Virus record (IMG/VR): IMGVR_UViG_3300045988_182866
From: a virus
Length of the DNA stretch: 64,000 bases
Strand: one strand, 5' to 3'
How positions within the stretch are numbered: the first letter of the stretch is position 1; each line of letters starts with the position of its first letter. The position numbers and the translations under genes are program-made. Below are positions 18,364 through 27,459 of the stretch, one piece after another. Below the pieces are notes generated by a model that searched no databases, was not told where the DNA came from, and worked only from the letters and a program-made list of their open reading frames with translations.

Positions 18364-18870
18364 TTAAAGTGTTTTAAGATAATCATATCGAACTACCTTA
18401 TGTTGAAGGTCAGGGTGACATGACTTAAAAGTTAGATAAATGTCCTGATACTTGTCATAAATTTTTGACATAACATCAACATTAGAAATATATTCTTCTT
18501 TAACCTTCATGCAATCGACATAGTTTTTAAGGTAAATCCCCTTATCCATAGGAAGACAAAAAATAATAAGGTCAAAAGCATTTAATAGGTCATTAATAAA
18601 ATCTTTACCTCCATCCATGTCCGGACAAAAATGAATACGCGGTTCATTTCGAACTACTGATCCATAAACATATTCTGAAATAAGATGACGATCAATAATT
18701 ACATTATCATGTTCTTTTAAGAACTCAAAAGACTGCTTAATTTGATCTGCATATTCAAAGTCATCCTCATTGTAAGAATAGTGAATATATTCGCATTTTA
18801 AAGCTTCTTGCAAAACTTTTGCCAAATGTGTTTTCCCGCCTGAATCGGGACCATCCAAATAAATTTTCAT
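18364..18870 (-). CDS. P-loop deoxynucleotide (dNMP) kinase-like protein
   Basis: 168 aa. N-terminal Walker A: IYLDGPDSGGKTHLAKVL. Confidence 0.5.
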   Translation of the reverse strand: MKIYLDGPDSGGKTHLAKVLQEALKCEYIHYSYNEDDFEYADQIKQSFEFLKEHDNVIIDRHLISEYVYGSVVRNEPRIHFCPDMDGGKDFINDLLNAFDLIIFCLPMDKGIYLKNYVDCMKVKEEYISNVDVMSKIYDKYQDIYLTFKSCHPDLQHKVVRYDYLKTL

Positions 18871-18871
18871 A

Positions 18872-19138
18872 TTAATCTTGAGAGGTAAAATTATAACTTA
18901 TATTATTTTCTAATAGAATCTTAACAAATATTTTTATAATTCCATCAACTTCTTTTCGTTCTCTTGAAGAGAAAATAATAGAATTTTTAAAAATAACAAG
19001 ATGGTCTGTTTCATTATCATCTTTCTTAAAGATAATAGAATTATCATCTTCATGTTCAAGATAATATAAATTTTGATCTTCTGTTAAAAGAAAAATCTCT
19101 TTTTCATCTTGTTCAAAATTAAAGATTTGATATTTCAT
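18872..19138 (-). CDS. hypothetical protein
   Basis: 88-aa ORF between the kinase and the ThyA-family gene. Confidence 0.3.
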   Translation of the reverse strand: MKYQIFNFEQDEKEIFLLTEDQNLYYLEHEDDNSIIFKKDDNETDHLVIFKNSIIFSSRERKEVDGIIKIFVKILLENNISYNFTSQD

Positions 19139-20064
19139 ACAGCTACAGGCATATTAATAATTTTAGCTGGCTTATAATTTTCAATAGAAAACCAATCTAA
19201 TTGAAAATCTTCTAATTTTTCTACATAATCAGGGCCGGAATAAATTAAATTTGGAGGTACATTAATTGTTGAAGAAATCATTTCTCTTACTCCCTCCATT
19301 TGATTTACATAAATGTGACTATCTCCAAATAACCCATAAACAGTTCCCACTTCATGATTTGTCATTTTAGACATCATAAAAAGAAGCAAAGAATAAAGGC
19401 AAATATCAAAAGGAACTCCAACAGGCATATCACAAGATCTTTGAATCCATCGAAGATGCAAGCGCCGTTTACCATTTTCCAAAGATTCAGAATAAAACTC
19501 TCCGCCCCAATGGCAAGGGGGAAGTGCCATATCATTTAGTTCTCCCGGATTCCACATTGAAAATACTAATCGTCTATCATCAGGATTAGTTCTGAGAGTA
19601 TTAATGATATTTTGAATTTGATTAATAGTCGCCCGTTCTAAAATATCATTTTTAGAAACATTAAAATAACCGCAATCCCATTCCATTAATTGCTTGCCAT
19701 ATACAGGACCCAAATCACCTTTTTCATCAGCCCATTTATCCCAGTAATGTACATTTTCATTTTTAAGATACATTACATTATTCCTATCAGTATTAGGAAT
19801 AGGATTTTGAGCTTGAAGAATGCCAAGAATCCAGAATAATTCTACTAATGCCCCTTTAAAAAAGATTTTTCGCATTGTAATTAATGGAAAATAACCTTTG
19901 GTCAGTAATTTTCCAGAATTCCAGCTAGTATTAAAAATACTTTTAGTATCAATACCCGTTCTATTAGATTTAAGAACCCCCTTCTCAAGGATCTCCAGCA
20001 AAATCCTGCGATAACAACTCTCAGGCTTGTGTAAGAAGCCTATTTCCTTTATATCTCCACTCAT
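19135..20064 (-). CDS. thymidylate synthase (ThyA) family enzyme with Asp at the dUMP-specificity Asn position: predicted deoxycytidylate 5-methyltransferase / 5-hydroxymethyltransferase
   Basis: 309 aa. Strong ThyA similarity (WDKWADEKGDLGPVYGKQ, MALPPCHWG active-site Cys, QRSCDMPVGVPFDICLYSLL). In E. coli ThyA the last segment is [20 protein letters not shown]; Asn177 (PFN) is replaced by Asp (PFD), as in T4 gp42 dCMP hydroxymethylase and engineered N177D dCMP methylases. Confidence 0.75.
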   Translation of the reverse strand: MSGDIKEIGFLHKPESCYRRILLEILEKGVLKSNRTGIDTKSIFNTSWNSGKLLTKGYFPLITMRKIFFKGALVELFWILGILQAQNPIPNTDRNNVMYLKNENVHYWDKWADEKGDLGPVYGKQLMEWDCGYFNVSKNDILERATINQIQNIINTLRTNPDDRRLVFSMWNPGELNDMALPPCHWGGEFYSESLENGKRRLHLRWIQRSCDMPVGVPFDICLYSLLLFMMSKMTNHEVGTVYGLFGDSHIYVNQMEGVREMISSTINVPPNLIYSGPDYVEKLEDFQLDWFSIENYKPAKIINMPVAV

Positions 20065-20087
20065 TTCTTTTTATCTTATCAGTATTC

Positions 20088-20636
20088 TCAATTATCCATG
20101 GTGTTTTGCCATCTTATAAATTTCTCAATAGCGAGCCTGTAATCACCTACTGTATGAATTTCTAATTGAGCTGGAATAAATTTCCAAAGCAGATAAAGAC
20201 TGCTAATATCTGAAAAATAGGTATCATGATAAATGTCCATCAATTCTTCAATATAAAAAATAGAACGGTAGACAACTTTGGAATATTTTAAAAGCGTATC
20301 ATAAAGCATACTTCCGCCAATGCAAACCACCTCTTCTTCGGAATCTTTAAATTTATCTATAAAATCGCATATATTAATTTTAATAACATTATCAGGCAGA
20401 TTAAGAGGCAAATCCCGGGAAGTAATAATAAAATGATTTAAGCGATTTTTTAAAGGTTTAAAATTCAAACTTTCAAAAGTGTTATAACCCATCACAACAC
20501 TTTTTCCTTCGGTAACATTTTTAAAATGTTCCATATCTCTTCTAGCTATTTCTTTATATTTTTGACCTTTCCAGGGAAGAGAATTTTTATGTCCAATAGA
20601 ACCATTGGGAAGCATTGCAAAAATTGAAGAAATCAT
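20088..20636 (-). CDS. frd: dihydrofolate reductase
   Basis: 182 aa. MISSIFAMLPNGSIGHKNSLPWK...VVMGYNTFESL aligns with E. coli FolA [22 protein letters not shown]...VIMGRHTWESI. Confidence 0.85.
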   Translation of the reverse strand: MISSIFAMLPNGSIGHKNSLPWKGQKYKEIARRDMEHFKNVTEGKSVVMGYNTFESLNFKPLKNRLNHFIITSRDLPLNLPDNVIKINICDFIDKFKDSEEEVVCIGGSMLYDTLLKYSKVVYRSIFYIEELMDIYHDTYFSDISSLYLLWKFIPAQLEIHTVGDYRLAIEKFIRWQNTMDN

Positions 20637-20704
20637 TGTTTTTTAATATTTTATTACTTTTTTAGGCTCAGCTATAATCTTAAATAAACTTATATTTTAA
20701 AAAG

Positions 20705-21346
20705 ATGAATAGCTATAGTTACGATGAGGAGAAAGATAAATGGGAGGCAGAATTAGTTGCAACTAAGGACCGTATAGCTAGACGAATTTATTCAACAAAA
20801 GATTATTACTATTGTTGCTGGAAAATGGCAAGGCATGGATTATTAATTCTTGATTACCGGGGGTTAATTATAGATGTTAACCCGTATTTTTGTGAAAAAA
20901 TTGGATATTCTCGAGAAGAATTATTGGGAAAAAATATTAATGATTTTTGTGTTAAAGCTGAAGATCTTCATGCTTCTGATTCTATTAATATTTTAACTTT
21001 ACTTCAATCGATTAATCAACAAAGTACAAATCAATGCGAATTAAAAACTAAAGAAACTAAATTATTTCGTGTAAGATGGGTCGCAACCAGAATTCCAGCA
21101 TCATTATCTAGTCCATTCTCACATAGTTTAGTATGTGTATACTTTTTAAGTGAAACTAATTATTCTAAAATTATTGATGAGATTAATAAAATTAAAAAGA
21201 AAGAATCGAATATCCTTTGGAAGATACTCGATTCTCTTTGGGCAAAATGCTTAATTTTTTTAATTATTATTCTTACAGCTATTGGTGGAAGTTTACCAGA
21301 TATTGTCTCAAAGATAATATCTTTATTTGCAAATTCTCCACTTTAA
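20705..21346 (+). CDS. PAS-domain protein with C-terminal transmembrane anchor
   Basis: 213 aa. PAS-like core LILDYRGLIIDVNPYFCEKIGYSREELLGKNINDF; C-terminal hydrophobic helix CLIFLIIILTAIGGSL. Confidence 0.4.
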   Translation: MNSYSYDEEKDKWEAELVATKDRIARRIYSTKDYYYCCWKMARHGLLILDYRGLIIDVNPYFCEKIGYSREELLGKNINDFCVKAEDLHASDSINILTLLQSINQQSTNQCELKTKETKLFRVRWVATRIPASLSSPFSHSLVCVYFLSETNYSKIIDEINKIKKKESNILWKILDSLWAKCLIFLIIILTAIGGSLPDIVSKIISLFANSPL

Positions 21347-21520
21347 TAAAGTAAGCTCTTCATATAAAAATCAGAACATTCAATATCAAAATCTTTCTGA
21401 GTTTCAATATTTTCCGCTGGATAAAAAGTTGTTACAATTGTTAAACTATTCTTTTGATAAACGGAAATTGATCCGTTATCATTCAAAGAAAATTTAAATT
21501 TATCAATGGTACATTCCATA

Positions 21521-21787
21521 TTATTCGTCCTCGTTTTCTTCTTCGTCGTCTCGTTCTTCTAATTCTTCAAGCAGTTCATTAAGTCGAGATAATGAACACT
21601 CGGGAATATATTCTTCTTCATCAGGTTCCACAATAGCAGTTGTAATATTAGCTACAATACCTTGAACCATATCAGCTAAAGAATCATCTACATCTGTATC
21701 TTCAATATCGGCAATTAATTTATTACAAATTACTTCAACCTGAGTTTGATAATTTTTAAATCGTCGTTTAAATTGTTTAAGAGTCAT
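21521..21787 (-). CDS. small acidic protein
   Basis: 88 aa; C-terminus EELEERDDEEENEDE. Confidence 0.35.
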   Translation of the reverse strand: MTLKQFKRRFKNYQTQVEVICNKLIADIEDTDVDDSLADMVQGIVANITTAIVEPDEEEYIPECSLSRLNELLEELEERDDEEENEDE

Positions 21788-21873
21788 GTGTGTTACTTAT
21801 GGTTTCTAATTTTATTAGAAATTATTTTACTGAACAAAATTCAAAAATTTCTTTTTATTTTTTGAATGATAAT

Positions 21874-22593
21874 TCATTGAGAGGTATTTATATTTTTCTT
21901 ATAATGATTAAGCATCAGAATAATCTCATGCTTCATAAAATTTGTTGGAATAACTTCCCAATTTCCGGTATTCATATCTAACCAGAAAATGAGCAGTCCT
22001 TTGCATTTCTTCTTAGTCAGAATTTCATTCATAAATCCATAAATTCCTAACTGAAGAGCATATGTATTAAATTCACATTCAGATAAATGATTTAATGGAG
22101 CTTTCATCCATTTACCATAATCTGAACCAAATCTAAATTTTTTATTTGTTTTAAAATCGCCAATGATGAATGTACCATCTTCTAATTCAAATAGAAGGTC
22201 ACCAGTACCGGCAATTTTAAAATCATGATTATATAACAACTTTTCAGAATATATTTCTGAAATATTTGGAATATATTTTTCTACTTTTAATTGAAATTTT
22301 TCAATGATCTTCTTATACAAAGGATCAACTTCTCCATACTTTACATAATTTTCAAGAGCAGCATGAAAATCAGTACCTCTATCACATGCAAAATTTTTAT
22401 TATCTTCCCATTCTTTAAGAATTTCTTCTTGACTTACTCCTCTTTTCTTTGCAACCCATTTAGAAATATTTTCTGCATCAAACTTTTCCTTATATCGCCC
22501 TAATAATTTAGAAACTGAGCAATATTCTTCATTTGTTTCAATATTAATATATTGATGAGTATCTTCTAAAAATTTAATCGGGATATAGCTCAT
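21874..22593 (-). CDS. PD-(D/E)xK nuclease of the Cas4/RecB/lambda-exonuclease (YqaJ) type
   Basis: 239 aa. Motif II GTGDLLFE; motif III IGDFKT; QxxxY motif TYALQLGIYGF. Confidence 0.5.
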   Translation of the reverse strand: MSYIPIKFLEDTHQYINIETNEEYCSVSKLLGRYKEKFDAENISKWVAKKRGVSQEEILKEWEDNKNFACDRGTDFHAALENYVKYGEVDPLYKKIIEKFQLKVEKYIPNISEIYSEKLLYNHDFKIAGTGDLLFELEDGTFIIGDFKTNKKFRFGSDYGKWMKAPLNHLSECEFNTYALQLGIYGFMNEILTKKKCKGLLIFWLDMNTGNWEVIPTNFMKHEIILMLNHYKKNINTSQ

Positions 22594-23110
22594 TTAATTC
22601 TTTAATTTTCTTTTCAATCATGTAAATTAAATTTCTAATTAATCTTGAACTTTTCCAAGGAAGATTAGAATATTCAAATATATTTTTCTTTTTAATATTT
22701 TCTAAACTTATGAAGGTGTCACACATATAATCTGTCTCATCAGGAGAAAATAGATTAATAATTTCTCCTGAAAGGTAACCTATCGTTATAGTCGGATGAA
22801 AATCATCAAATGTATATTGAGATGATGTTATCAACTGTAATATTTCATTTACTGTGAGAGGATATTGAGTATTATCATCTTTTAACAAAAACATTAAAGA
22901 TAAAAATTGTATTTTACCTCTAATAAATTGTTTCCAAATTTCATATGGATTATCTGTATTAAAACATTTTTTAAGAATGGAAGTATTGATGAAAAATTTA
23001 TTATAAACATTCCATTTAGATCCACATTTTTTAGAAAAGATTTCGTTTTGAACATAGTAATCCAATATATCTTGGAACTTTTCTACTGTATTTTTAAATT
23101 TTTCGTCCAT
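22574..23110 (-). CDS. hypothetical protein
   Basis: 178-aa ORF. Confidence 0.3.
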   Translation of the reverse strand: MDEKFKNTVEKFQDILDYYVQNEIFSKKCGSKWNVYNKFFINTSILKKCFNTDNPYEIWKQFIRGKIQFLSLMFLLKDDNTQYPLTVNEILQLITSSQYTFDDFHPTITIGYLSGEIINLFSPDETDYMCDTFISLENIKKKNIFEYSNLPWKSSRLIRNLIYMIEKKIKELNELYPD

Positions 23111-23112
23111 TT

Positions 23113-23457
23113 TTAATTCAAATAAGATGGTTCTCCGCCAAATAATTGTTCTTTAATATCTTCATTTAAATCAAATACTTCAACCTCTAAACTATCATAA
23201 TCATCAAACCATCCTTTATAATAAACATTTGATTGTAGAAATATTTTATCATAAGGTATTTTATTAGATTTAATATTGCTTATATCATTTTGTGTGATAG
23301 GAACTGCAATAATAATCAAATTATCTTCAGATTTTAATCTACATTTAATGCAAATATATTCATCATGATGTCCAATATTATTTCGATTAAGATCTTCTGA
23401 TATGAATAAAAATGGACCATCATACCACATTAATATATCTATTATATTTAATATCAT
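23113..23457 (-). CDS. hypothetical protein
   Basis: 114-aa ORF; the second copy of the 16-mer motif lies 27 nt upstream of its ATG. Confidence 0.3.
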   Translation of the reverse strand: MILNIIDILMWYDGPFLFISEDLNRNNIGHHDEYICIKCRLKSEDNLIIIAVPITQNDISNIKSNKIPYDKIFLQSNVYYKGWFDDYDSLEVEVFDLNEDIKEQLFGGEPSYLN

Positions 23458-23484
23458 ATATTAATATTAATTAATGACATAAAA

Positions 23485-23500
23485 TTTAAAGGTGATTAAT
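23485..23500 (-). promoter_or_regulatory. second exact copy of 16-mer TTTAAAGGTGATTAAT, 27 nt upstream of the minus-strand ATG at 23457
   Basis: Identical sequence and identical spacing to the copy at 11235..11250; lies in a divergent intergenic region. Confidence 0.35.
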
Positions 23501-23563
23501 TATTATATTAAATTAATTTAACATTCATAAGAATGATATTGATACCTATCTGAATTTTTAAAG

Positions 23564-23851
23564 GTGTTCCGATTATCTTTAAATATTAATATGGCTGAAG
23601 ATAATAAAATTGATCCTACCCTTTGGGTAAAACTTATTGCTTGGTTAAAGGCTCGTTTAAGTGAAAGTTCTACCTGGTCTGCTTTAGTAGTTTTAGGATC
23701 CTACCTAGGATATGTTTGGGATCCTGCGCTAATTGAACAAATTTGTTTAATTGGTGTAAGTTTACTGGCAGTTATCCAAATTATTCGTAAAGATCCTGTA
23801 ACAGCGGTTAAAGAATTAACTCCTGAAGAATCTAAAAAAGAAAAAGAATAA
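23564..23851 (+). CDS. holin-like small membrane protein
   Basis: 95 aa (alternative start at 23590). 2-3 hydrophobic helices (WSALVVLGSYLGYVW, ICLIGVSLLAVIQII), charged C-terminus, immediately upstream of the endolysin. Confidence 0.4.
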   Translation: MFRLSLNINMAEDNKIDPTLWVKLIAWLKARLSESSTWSALVVLGSYLGYVWDPALIEQICLIGVSLLAVIQIIRKDPVTAVKELTPEESKKEKE

Positions 23852-23899
23852 AGAATTTTTTATTTGTATGGATAAAAAAGAAGTCTTGAGAATAAAATC

Positions 23900-24628
23900 T
23901 TGAGACTTCTTTTTTGTATGAATGTAACTATTATTAGTATGGAACAAAAAGAACGAATTAAAAGAATTCAAAAAGCTTTGAATGTCAACGCAGATGGTAT
24001 TATTGGAGATAAAACTCTTACAGCTATTGAAGGGCTGCTGAATTTAAATAAACCCATAGAGGATAACATGGGATATTCCGTAGTCATAAGTATAGGTCAT
24101 TCTACTGCAGATAAAGGCGCAGTAGCATCGGATGGTCATATTGCCGAATATGACTATAATAAAAAGCTGGCAGATATTATTAAAAAGGAACTTGAAAGTA
24201 CAAAAAGTCTTTCTGTTCATGTCGTTAATCGCTTAACTGACGGAGGAGGGAAAGGTGTTTCTGCTTCCGTTAAAGCTATAAACATGTATAAAAGTGATTG
24301 TGCTATTGAGCTTCATGCAAATGCCTATAATGGTACTGCTTCTGGCTCTGAAGTTCTTTATTGGCATACTTCAACTAAAGGCAAGAAACTTGCGACCGAC
24401 CTTCAAGAAGCTATTATTAAAGTTTTAAATCTTCCAAATAGAGGTATTAAGCCATTATCCGGTGAAGATCGAGGTGGGGGAATTCTTAAAGGAACAGTTG
24501 CGCCGACAGTAATAACTGAACCGTTTTTCATCGATAATCCTAAGGACCTTAAATTAGCTGAAGATAAAATTGAACAGTTAGGAGTAGCTATGGCTAATAC
24601 TATTATCAAATATCTTTATACAAATTAG
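23900..24628 (+). CDS. endolysin: peptidoglycan-binding domain + N-acetylmuramoyl-L-alanine amidase (Amidase_3 type)
   Basis: 242 aa. PG_binding_1-like IQKALNVNADGIIGDKTLTAIEGLL; amidase core SIGHSTADKGA...ELHANAYNG...SEVLYWH. Confidence 0.7.
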   Translation: MRLLFCMNVTIISMEQKERIKRIQKALNVNADGIIGDKTLTAIEGLLNLNKPIEDNMGYSVVISIGHSTADKGAVASDGHIAEYDYNKKLADIIKKELESTKSLSVHVVNRLTDGGGKGVSASVKAINMYKSDCAIELHANAYNGTASGSEVLYWHTSTKGKKLATDLQEAIIKVLNLPNRGIKPLSGEDRGGGILKGTVAPTVITEPFFIDNPKDLKLAEDKIEQLGVAMANTIIKYLYTN

Positions 24629-24660
24629 GATGATTTCTATCATCCTTAAATATACTCTAT

Positions 24661-26190
24661 ATGAACCTTTCTTTATTGACAGTATTATGTCATGGCAAAA
24701 ATAATAGCCAACTTAAAGAATTATTAAAAAATAATAAAATATTAAATTTTATTAATACTTTTATTAAAGATAAACCTTATTATGAAACACCCTTTAGATT
24801 TTTAAAATTGTTGAGTAAAAATGCAACATTACCTGCCTGTATTATATGTGGAAATATTATTTCTTATAGTATTTGGAATAGACGTAATAATGCTAAATTT
24901 TGTTCTAAAACTTGCAAATATTCTAAAGAAGGTAAAGAAAATACTAGAAAAAATATTGAAAAAACATTAATTGAAAAATATAAGGTTAAAAATATTTTAC
25001 AACATAAAAAGTTTAAAGAAAAACAAGAATTAACTTGTTTAGCAAAATACGGAACTAAATTTTATTCAAAAACTTCAGAATGTAAAGAAAAAGTTAAGAA
25101 GACGTCATTAGAAAAATTTGGTACAAATAATGTGATGTTCAATAAAAAGGTTTTAAAAAATATAAAAAATAATAATTTATTAAAATTTGGGGTTGAATGG
25201 CCTTTATCAGATAAAACTATTCATAAAAAAACTATGAATAGTCTTGTTAAAAAACATTTAGAAAAGCTTAAAAAGTTTAATTTAACTTTGTTAGATGAAT
25301 ATCAATCCACAAAAGAATACTATAATTTTAAATGTGCTACATGTGGTAATACATTTAAAGATCATTTAAAAAATGGTAGAATTCCTATATGCAAACATTG
25401 CTTTCCTTCTAATACTTCTATTGGGGAAAAAGAATTATCAAACTTTATTAAACAATTTTCTTCTAATATTAGCTTAAATGATAGAACATTAATAAATCCT
25501 TTAGAATTAGATATTGTTATTCCAGAAAAACATTTAGCAATAGAATTTAATGGGCTATATTGGCATTCTGAAGAACATGGTAAAAATGAAAATTATCATA
25601 TTAATAAATCATTATTATGTAAATCTAAAAACTTTAATTTAATTCATATATTTGAAGATGAATGGCTTTTTCAAAAAAATATAATAAAAGGTATTATAAA
25701 AGATTATTTTAATAGCAAAAAAATAAAAACAAATTTTATTACATTTAAAAAAATCGATAATAAATTAGCTAAAAAATTTAATGAAAAATATAATATTCTT
25801 GGACATATTACTACAAAAAATAATTTTGGACTTTTTTATAAAAATAGATTAATACATGTATTATCTGTTGGAAAACCAAGATTTAATAAAATTTACAAAT
25901 ATGAAATTTATCGATTATCCTCAACATTTAATTTTAAAATTGAAAATTATTTTAAAGTTTTAATTGATAATTTACCTTTATCAATTAAAGAATCATTAAT
26001 ATTTTATGAAAATAAACGTTTTCCTATTATTAATAAAACATTATTAGATAATTTGATATTTTTATCAAATTCTAAGCCAAGCTATTTTTTTGTCAAAAAT
26101 AAAAATAGATATTCAAAATATAATAAAATAAATAGATTTGATTATAAAATTTGGGATTGCGGATCAACACTTTATCAGGTTAAATATTAA
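24661..26190 (+). CDS. divergent member of the homing-endonuclease-like family (zinc ribbons + central Vsr-like nuclease domain + ~170-aa C-terminal extension; paralog 3 of 5)
   Basis: 509 aa. Contains ELDIVIPEKHLAIEFNGLYWH (Vsr-like core) and CxxC/HC ribbons (IPICKHCFP, CATCGNTF); weaker repeats than the other paralogs. Confidence 0.45.
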   Translation: MNLSLLTVLCHGKNNSQLKELLKNNKILNFINTFIKDKPYYETPFRFLKLLSKNATLPACIICGNIISYSIWNRRNNAKFCSKTCKYSKEGKENTRKNIEKTLIEKYKVKNILQHKKFKEKQELTCLAKYGTKFYSKTSECKEKVKKTSLEKFGTNNVMFNKKVLKNIKNNNLLKFGVEWPLSDKTIHKKTMNSLVKKHLEKLKKFNLTLLDEYQSTKEYYNFKCATCGNTFKDHLKNGRIPICKHCFPSNTSIGEKELSNFIKQFSSNISLNDRTLINPLELDIVIPEKHLAIEFNGLYWHSEEHGKNENYHINKSLLCKSKNFNLIHIFEDEWLFQKNIIKGIIKDYFNSKKIKTNFITFKKIDNKLAKKFNEKYNILGHITTKNNFGLFYKNRLIHVLSVGKPRFNKIYKYEIYRLSSTFNFKIENYFKVLIDNLPLSIKESLIFYENKRFPIINKTLLDNLIFLSNSKPSYFFVKNKNRYSKYNKINRFDYKIWDCGSTLYQVKY

Positions 26191-26303
26191 ACATAAACAT
26201 GTTTAAAAATATTCTTCGATTTATCGTCTTTATCGCTTATAAATGGATTGAAGGAACTAAACGAAAGTAAAGCACCTTTTTAAATCCAGTTAATCTTTAA
26301 ACT

Positions 26304-26341
26304 AAAATCAGTGAAGGTCAATGAAGGCTTTCACTGATTTT
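26304..26341 (+). terminator. rho-independent terminator (12-bp perfect stem aaaatcagtgaa / ttcactgatttt, 14-nt loop, T-run)
   Basis: Inverted repeat followed by tattttttt; downstream of 24661..26190. Confidence 0.5.
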
Positions 26342-26349
26342 TATTTTTT

Positions 26350-26853
26350 ATGAAATTAAAACTTTCCAGTGTTGATAGAATTGCTGCAAGTATTATAAAA
26401 CAAGAAGATATTGATGGATATAATCTTGTAAAATATATTATGTATTTTACCTACTGTTTTCTTTTAAGTTTTTATAATATTGACTGTATTCTGGTGAAGT
26501 TTAAAACATCCAAAGGATCAATTATAATTGATAGAAAACGTCCTATTGATTTAAGTGTTGAACCAATTCAACAAGGTTGTCTTGTATCTTATGTAATTAA
26601 ATGTGTTTGTAAAAACTTAAAAGGGCTAAAAGCAGATGAAATTAATAAAATGATTACTGTAATTGGAAGCCCATATCATACAGTGATCTCTCAAGGTAAG
26701 ACAAAAATTAAAAAGAAAATCATTAAAGAATATTTTAATAATTTCTATAATATACTTCCAAAATACGAAGTTATGGAAGATAGAATTACAACAACATTTA
26801 ATATTCTTAGACTTTTAGCTAATATTAAATCAAAGCCTTTTCATCATAGCTAA
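26350..26853 (+). CDS. hypothetical protein
   Basis: 167-aa ORF. Confidence 0.3.
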   Translation: MKLKLSSVDRIAASIIKQEDIDGYNLVKYIMYFTYCFLLSFYNIDCILVKFKTSKGSIIIDRKRPIDLSVEPIQQGCLVSYVIKCVCKNLKGLKADEINKMITVIGSPYHTVISQGKTKIKKKIIKEYFNNFYNILPKYEVMEDRITTTFNILRLLANIKSKPFHHS

Positions 26854-27459
26854 ATTTAATTTGGAATAATCTTCCATCCAAGGAATAATCTTTACGTTTA
26901 ATCCAAGTTTATTTTTCATTACCTTAATATCTCCAGATAATTCATAAGCTAAATCTTCACTAAAGTAAATTGTTTTAATAAGATTAGAAAGATTATATTT
27001 TGGAGGAAGTTTAATAGATTTACTTTTAGAATAAAGTCGATCCTCCATTTCATTACCTTTATGAGCACGGCCATAAGGCTGGTAATCAATAGCTGTAATC
27101 TGAGTATTTCTTAAATTAGACAATGCCTCTTTATCAAATTCAACAATAACAGAAGTATCTGGATCAAAATGATTTTGAATTAATCCAGGCCGTAAAGATC
27201 TTGCAAAACTTCTGGAATAAGGATATTCTTTATTTTTTTTATAAACTAGAGAATTCTGAAGCTTTTTAATATTTTCCTGAGAATCATCCATAACATTATC
27301 GTCAATATCTATATTCTCAAATTTATTATCTGTTAATTCCCATTCTTTATCTCGTAATAAATGAACTAGTTCTTCAATATCCATAACTCGATAAATTGAG
27401 CCTGGACTTTTAGATTCGATTAAAAATTTAGAAAATTTTAAATGTTGGGATAGCTTCAT
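26830..27459 (-). CDS. hypothetical protein
   Basis: 209-aa ORF in the minus-strand string downstream of the terminase. Confidence 0.3.
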   Translation of the reverse strand: MKLSQHLKFSKFLIESKSPGSIYRVMDIEELVHLLRDKEWELTDNKFENIDIDDNVMDDSQENIKKLQNSLVYKKNKEYPYSRSFARSLRPGLIQNHFDPDTSVIVEFDKEALSNLRNTQITAIDYQPYGRAHKGNEMEDRLYSKSKSIKLPPKYNLSNLIKTIYFSEDLAYELSGDIKVMKNKLGLNVKIIPWMEDYSKLNLAMMKRL

